Part shown: piece after piece, positions 59,689 through 64,000 of the stretch
Layout: each line of letters opens with the position of its first letter
Position numbering within the stretch: position 1 is the first letter of the stretch
Assembly: GCA_963822585.1 (NCBI GenBank)
Contig: CAWGIE010000007.1
Location: forward strand, 192,001-256,000
Direction: 5' to 3'
Length of the DNA stretch: 64,000 nucleotides
From: an uncultured bacterium
GTDB taxonomy: Bacteria; Auribacterota; Erginobacteria; Erginobacterales; Erginobacteraceae
Translations under genes and position numbers: made by a program
The notes under the pieces: generated by a model
The model's database searches: none
Told to the model about the DNA's origin: nothing
The model's input: only the letters and a program-made list of their open reading frames with translations

Positions 59689-59811
59689 CCAGGCGCTCAA
59701 GCAGACCGGAAGGGCTATTGTTACTGTTGAACATTATATCTTCGCCGGGGTTTCTCAGGGTAGCATGGTTTTTTGATCGGTCCCTTCCGGCCGCTTAGCT
59801 CTCCGATAAGC
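59683..59811 (+). repeat. attC 16 (long type)
   Basis: TCCTAAC...GATAAGC. Confidence 0.88.
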
Positions 59812-60023
59812 GGCGAACGCGCCGCGGAAGAAAAAAAGAAAAGAAAGACAAAAATAAATCGGGTCGGCAAACGGTGGAATTTTTAACCCTTCGCCGCTTA
59901 TCGGGGAGCTGAGCTTCGCTCTCCCGGGTGAACAGGCGGCGCTGCCGCCTATCCACCCGCTCGAGTTGTCCCGCCTGAAGGGTCCGCTCCGCGTCCCCTC
60001 ACGGCGCGCAACTCAGCTCCCCG
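59806..60023 (+). other. Cassette 17: ORF-less structured cassette, copy 3
   Basis: Near-identical to copies 1 and 2. Confidence 0.85.
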
Positions 60024-60044
60024 TTAGGCAAAAGAGAGATTCAT

Positions 60045-60503
60045 TTGACAATTGACGACACTGGAAAATGGTGGGTGGGCTCAGAGCCCGCGGATATTGA
60101 ACATTATTTGGCCGCCTATATACGTTCTCAGGGTGGATACCCCCCCATTATCTATCGCATGATTAAATGTTCTTGCGGCTCGGTATATTTCCATCTGGAG
60201 CGAGCGTCTGAAGTGACTCGGCGTATATGTAGTGTCTGTGGACAAAGTGATTTCATTTGCCGCAAAATTGAGGATTGGGAAGAGGCTGAAGAGTTGGAGG
60301 GTGTTGAAGCATATGCCTGCGTCGAGTGCGGATCGTCCGAAGCCAACGTCATTATCGGATTCGCTCAATATGAGGACCCATCCATAGATGCTGTGAAATG
60401 GTTCTACGTGGGCATTCGCTGTACCGTCTGCGGTGTTTTAGGTTGTTTCAATGACGGCAAGGTTGGGTGGGGTCCGGCAGCCCAAGTTTACGACACAGTA
60501 TAG
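60045..60503 (+). CDS. Cassette 18: Cys-rich Zn-ribbon protein
   Basis: CSCG, CSVC, CVEC, CTVC motifs; TTG start. Confidence 0.7.
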   Translation: MTIDDTGKWWVGSEPADIEHYLAAYIRSQGGYPPIIYRMIKCSCGSVYFHLERASEVTRRICSVCGQSDFICRKIEDWEEAEELEGVEAYACVECGSSEANVIIGFAQYEDPSIDAVKWFYVGIRCTVCGVLGCFNDGKVGWGPAAQVYDTV

Positions 60504-60507
60504 GAAT

Positions 60508-60576
60508 GCCTAACAAACCGCTTCACTCGACCATGGCCCGCTCTGCGGGCCCTGGCGAGTGAGCTTTTCGATAAGC
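60508..60576 (+). repeat. attC 18 (short type)
   Basis: GCCTAAC...GATAAGC. Confidence 0.88.
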
Positions 60577-60788
60577 GGCGAACGCGCCGCGGAAGAAAAA
60601 AAGAAAAGAAAGACAAAGATAAATCGGGTGGGCAAACGGTGGAATTTTTAACCCTTCGCCGCTTATCGGGGAGCTGAGCTTCGCTCTCCCGGGTGAACAG
60701 GCGGCGCTGCCGCCTATCCACCCGCTCGAGTTGTCCCGCCTGAAGGGTCCGCTCCGCGTCCCCTCACGGCGCGCAACTCAGCTCCCCG
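60571..60788 (+). other. Cassette 19: ORF-less structured cassette, copy 4
   Basis: Near-identical to the other copies. Confidence 0.85.
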
Positions 60789-60811
60789 ATAGGCTCAAAC
60801 GAAGAAATCCA

Positions 60812-61330
60812 ATGATTGAAAGGAATGGATATTTCAAATCGGCGCTATATTATTCGACAAAGGTCGTATTGTTCTGCCTAATTCTATCTTATTCCGGGAT
60901 AATCTATTGCAATGACAAAATAGACATTACCGCATTAAAGTACTGGAGCAACAATTCTGATTTAATTTTGGTGGGGAAGGTCTTAAAAGTAGGCCCACCA
61001 CCTTTAAGGTGGAGTGGTTATATTTTAGCATCACAGAAAGTAAAATATCAAAAATTAGAGGTCTTGCAGGGGGAGTATCTTGAGGAACAAATTGAGGTCT
61101 ACCATGATATCAATATGGCTAGTAAAGATGTTGATCTCGAAAAAGTATGTTTATTAGAAAATATTTTTAAAGAAGGTAATATTTTAATTCTATTTTTAGA
61201 GTTCGACAAAGATTATGACCGTTATTTTCCGTCAGATGGCTCATTGATCGCTACCCCAGAAAACATTGATCTAGTTAATTCTATAATCGCAGCGGAGTCG
61301 AATCCTGAGAAAGATATAATCCGACCATAA
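60812..61330 (+). CDS. Cassette 20: exported hypothetical protein
   Basis: First ATG after attC; hydrophobic segment; SDLILVGKV. Confidence 0.65.
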   Translation: MIERNGYFKSALYYSTKVVLFCLILSYSGIIYCNDKIDITALKYWSNNSDLILVGKVLKVGPPPLRWSGYILASQKVKYQKLEVLQGEYLEEQIEVYHDINMASKDVDLEKVCLLENIFKEGNILILFLEFDKDYDRYFPSDGSLIATPENIDLVNSIIAAESNPEKDIIRP

Positions 61331-61363
61331 TATAAATTCACCCGACAAAAGTACGCAAGAAAA

Positions 61364-61492
61364 GCCTATCCAGTCGCTCAAGCAGACCGGAAGGGCTGGT
61401 GCAGCTATCAAACGTTTTTAACTGTGCCGAAGTTTTCCGGGGTACATGGTTTCGTGGTCGGCCCATTCCGGCTGCTTAGCTCTACGTTAGAA
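61364..61492 (+). repeat. attC 20 (long type, ATC core)
   Basis: GCCTATC...GTTAGAA; R'' complements the cassette start GATAGGC. Confidence 0.88.
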
Positions 61493-61493
61493 A

Positions 61494-61850
61494 ATGAATG
61501 AGAAGATCATTCGATACATATTATCCGGAATAATTTCCGGGATTTTCTTTTTACTCGCCTTTCTTACAAAGCAAGTTTGGGTTTGCGGTTGGGGATTCAT
61601 TTTCTTTCATTGGTTTATGAATCCACATAATCTAACAAAGAAAATCAAAATTCCGCGACTGCATACTAAAGATATTCCCGCTCTCATCGCGTTCCTCCTT
61701 TTCATTGTCGCCTTCATAATATTCACAGACTCAATCAAAGATTTGGAGGTTTTCAAAACTGCATCAACAAACTGGAAGGTCCTTTTATTACTGTGGTTAA
61801 CACTAATGGTGTTTAAACTAAAAGTTTTTTTTCCAGAAAAAGAACAATAA
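61494..61850 (+). CDS. Cassette 21: duplicate of cassette 1
   Basis: Identical 118-aa translation and same attC. Confidence 0.75.
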   Translation: MNEKIIRYILSGIISGIFFLLAFLTKQVWVCGWGFIFFHWFMNPHNLTKKIKIPRLHTKDIPALIAFLLFIVAFIIFTDSIKDLEVFKTASTNWKVLLLLWLTLMVFKLKVFFPEKEQ

Positions 61851-61852
61851 TT

Positions 61853-61924
61853 TTCTAACCATGCGCTCCACCCGACTTTTGACCGCCATGCGGCGGCCAA
61901 AAGCGGGTGAGCTCTACGTTCGGT
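61853..61924 (+). repeat. attC 21 (short type)
   Basis: Same as attC 1 up to the crossover; ends GTTCGGT. Confidence 0.9.
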
Positions 61925-61932
61925 TTTAGAAA

Positions 61933-62295
61933 ATGAAATGCAATTGCGCTAAGCTGCCCGACGCTTTCTATCTCGACGAAGGCCCTCATAGCTTTGCTCA
62001 AGAGCTAAAGCGAGAGGATACCGGCAACTGGATCTGGCTTGGCTCGTGCCCCAAGTGCGGAGCACTTTGGGCAGTGGATGAATGGGACAAGTACCAGCAC
62101 CAGGTTGTCACTCGCGTCAAATCCCGAGAAGGTTGGAAAGAAGCCAATACGATCGATTTGCGCAAACAACTCTTACTCAAGAATCGTGGCGGTCTCACCG
62201 ACGCAAAGTGCATTTGGGCCGGATGCCACGGCAAAGCCGTGGCCGGAGTTGTGTACTGTCTCGACCACCTTTGGGAAACCGGAGCAAGACGATAG
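61933..62295 (+). CDS. Cassette 22: small Cys-rich metal-binding protein
   Basis: CNC, CPKCG..W, C.W.GC...C..H. Confidence 0.7.
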   Translation: MKCNCAKLPDAFYLDEGPHSFAQELKREDTGNWIWLGSCPKCGALWAVDEWDKYQHQVVTRVKSREGWKEANTIDLRKQLLLKNRGGLTDAKCIWAGCHGKAVAGVVYCLDHLWETGARR

Positions 62296-62298
62296 AAA

Positions 62299-62427
62299 AC
62301 CGAACCAGGCGCTTAAGCAGACCGGAAGGGCTGATGCTACTATCGAACATTTTATTTTCGCCATAGGTTTCCGGGGTAGCATGGTTTTTTAGTCGGCCCC
62401 TTCCGGCAGCTTAGCTCTCCGTTATAT
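62299..62427 (+). repeat. attC 22 (long type)
   Basis: ACCGAAC...GTTATAT. Confidence 0.88.
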
Positions 62428-63037
62428 GAAATCAATACTACTATCATTAGCTCTCTTTTTTTTCATAGTTTCTGCTTATTCTCAAGAAGCAACATCTACT
62501 CCAGAAGCAAAATCTACTCCAGAAGCAATATCTAACTTTTTGGATATGGCAAAAGAAGACCCCGAGGGATATAAAGATATCCTTACTCCAGAATCTACGC
62601 GTAATACTTTCCACAAATATTTAATTGAATTATTAGATCAGGATGGAGAAATACAGGAAGGCGCTGAAAATTATAAACTATCCGCACTAGAAGTATGCTC
62701 AATGGTGCTTGCAGAGCATCACAATTTAAGCGGTCAGCCCCCAGAAAAAGTAACTATAGAGTATGGTTACCCGCAGACTATTCATAGAATCAAAGAAGAA
62801 TTTACATTATTCAAATCATACATCCCTATAACAATAGATTTTGGGACGACCAAGGATCTTAAAACAGTCAAAACGATAAATAAGGGATCTCTTGAATGCT
62901 ATGAATATCCGGATTTCTATATTTGGCTCATTGTCGATAAATCAGCCGCTGAAAATAAAGATATTAAAAGAGTTCTTGCAATCAGTCCACGATCCGAGCG
63001 CTTTGATATTTATCTAAAGAAATACGCATTTCAATAA
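62426..63037 (+). CDS. Cassette 23: secreted hypothetical protein
   Basis: Signal peptide (AYS-Q); STPEA duplicated. Confidence 0.7.
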   Translation: MKSILLSLALFFFIVSAYSQEATSTPEAKSTPEAISNFLDMAKEDPEGYKDILTPESTRNTFHKYLIELLDQDGEIQEGAENYKLSALEVCSMVLAEHHNLSGQPPEKVTIEYGYPQTIHRIKEEFTLFKSYIPITIDFGTTKDLKTVKTINKGSLECYEYPDFYIWLIVDKSAAENKDIKRVLAISPRSERFDIYLKKYAFQ

Positions 63038-63050
63038 TTATAAAATTTTC

Positions 63051-63119
63051 ATATAACCAATCGCTACAGCTGACCGAAAACCGCTCTGCGGTTTTCGGCA
63101 GCTGAGCTTTTCGATAGGT
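63051..63119 (+). repeat. attC 23 (short type)
   Basis: ATATAAC...GATAGGT. Confidence 0.88.
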
Positions 63120-63126
63120 TTAAAAA

Positions 63127-63591
63127 ATGAAAATTTGCCCAAAATGTAAAACTCCTGCACCGGATAATATTCAAAAATGTTGTTGTGGATATGATTTCAG
63201 CGCAATCCACAAGGACCGTATTCCAGTTGCTATACTTTGCCTCCGTATTGCAGCAATATTATACGTTCTTATTAGTGCATACATTATTTTCCTGTCATTA
63301 ACAATTGATGACTCAAAGATAATTAATGGAGTGAAATTCATATTTGTAAGTCCCACTATTGTCTTTTTAGGAATTGCGATACTTAACGAAGTTGTAGCAA
63401 GAGCTATAAAAAAAAGGAAATTCTGGGGTTGGGTAGTTGGAATAATTTTATTCGGCTTATACATCCCATCCCCCTTTCTACCGATTGGAGGATTTGGGAT
63501 GTGGGCTTTGCTCAGACCTGATTCACGAAAAGCTTTTGGCGCTGGAACAACACAATCCGATAAGTTAGATGGAAAAGGGTTTAATACATAA
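63127..63591 (+). CDS. Cassette 24: Zn-ribbon plus membrane protein
   Basis: KICPKC...C.CGYDF followed by TM segments. Confidence 0.7.
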   Translation: MKICPKCKTPAPDNIQKCCCGYDFSAIHKDRIPVAILCLRIAAILYVLISAYIIFLSLTIDDSKIINGVKFIFVSPTIVFLGIAILNEVVARAIKKRKFWGWVVGIILFGLYIPSPFLPIGGFGMWALLRPDSRKAFGAGTTQSDKLDGKGFNT

Positions 63592-63592
63592 A

Positions 63593-63721
63593 ACCTATCA
63601 AGTCGCTCAAGCAGACCGGAAGGGCGGATGCAGCTATCGGACGTTTATTTTTGGCCAGTGTTTTCCGGGGTAGAAGGGTTCTTTGGTCGGCCCCTTCCGG
63701 CAGCTTAGCTTTACGTTAGGC
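63593..63721 (+). repeat. attC 24 (long type, ATC core)
   Basis: ACCTATC...GTTAGGC. Confidence 0.88.
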
Positions 63722-63738
63722 ATCTTTAGGAAGGCTTT

Positions 63739-64000
63739 ATGGGCGTTTGGGGCACAGGAATACTCCAAGACGACACAGTTGCAGATGTAGTTGGCTCCAT
63801 CAAGGATTTGATGAAGAAGGGCCAGCCACTTGCTGCAGCCGTTGCTGAGGTTCGCAAGCAATTTGCAGAACTTGAGCAGGACCCGGATGAGGCCCCCCTT
63901 TTATGGCTTGGGATAGCTCATGCGGAATGGAAGTACGGGAAGGTTCAGGCAATTGTCCTCGATCGTATACGAAGCGATATCGCTCAAGAAAATGGGCTAG
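63739..64000 (+). CDS. Cassette 25 (truncated by the window): DUF4259-like protein
   Basis: Manual translation MGVWGTGILQDDTVADV...LWLGIAHAEWKYG. Confidence 0.6.
   Translation, partial: MGVWGTGILQDDTVADVVGSIKDLMKKGQPLAAAVAEVRKQFAELEQDPDEAPLLWLGIAHAEWKYGKVQAIVLDRIRSDIAQENGL

Larger units (their letters stand above)
41072..64000. mobile_element. Complete chromosomal integron with at least 25 cassettes (runs off the window)
   Basis: intI + attI + 24 attC sites; cassette genes co-oriented (+), mostly AT-rich; each coding cassette starts with a 7-mer exactly complementary to its own R''. Confidence 0.95.

Noticed and set aside
56519..60811. Peptides MDRRQRRLFTRESEAQ... (-) and MSRLKGPLRVPSRR... 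(+) recurring in the ORF track
   Set aside because: They read through the ORF-less cassette and attC, use GTG/TTG starts without SD, have no fixed stop, and copy 1 differs by a 1-bp indel.
42999..63721. CRISPR array suggested by regularly recurring repeats
   Set aside because: Repeats are 67-130-bp attC palindromes separated by whole genes; no cas genes and no 30-40-bp spacers.
1..64000. tRNA or rRNA genes
   Set aside because: No cloverleaf/T-loop or rRNA signature recognised by eye; tRNAscan-SE and Infernal would be needed to exclude them formally.

Overview
Bacterial chromosomal window with two parts. (1) About 1-41 kb is GC-rich core genome. It carries envelope genes (OM beta-barrels, lemA/TPM, a CsgG-like/YcfL/LpoB lipoprotein cluster, amgK/murU-like), transporters, msrAB, alkD-like, moaA-moaC-mog, mutM, two paralogous TPR genes, a DnaA-box cluster (likely oriC, about 32.1-32.3 kb), moaD/thiF-like, glmS, mnmG, a queG-like gene and two convergent vapBC modules. 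The intergenic spaces hold many families of short-period inverted tandem repeats. (2) From 41 kb to the end is a complete chromosomal integron: an unusually long IntI (470 aa), attI, and at least 25 mostly AT-rich cassettes delimited by 24 attC sites (array runs off the window). The array contains a copy of cassette 1 at position 21, three identical tandem IS5-like elements at one attC, an IS1111-type (IS110 family) element inside another attC, and six cassettes with GAT/ATC instead of GTT/AAC cores. The most unusual feature is four near-identical, ORF-less, hairpin-rich cassettes of about 218 bp, each holding a second, symmetric attC-like arm. Product calls come from motif recognition only; no database searches were run.
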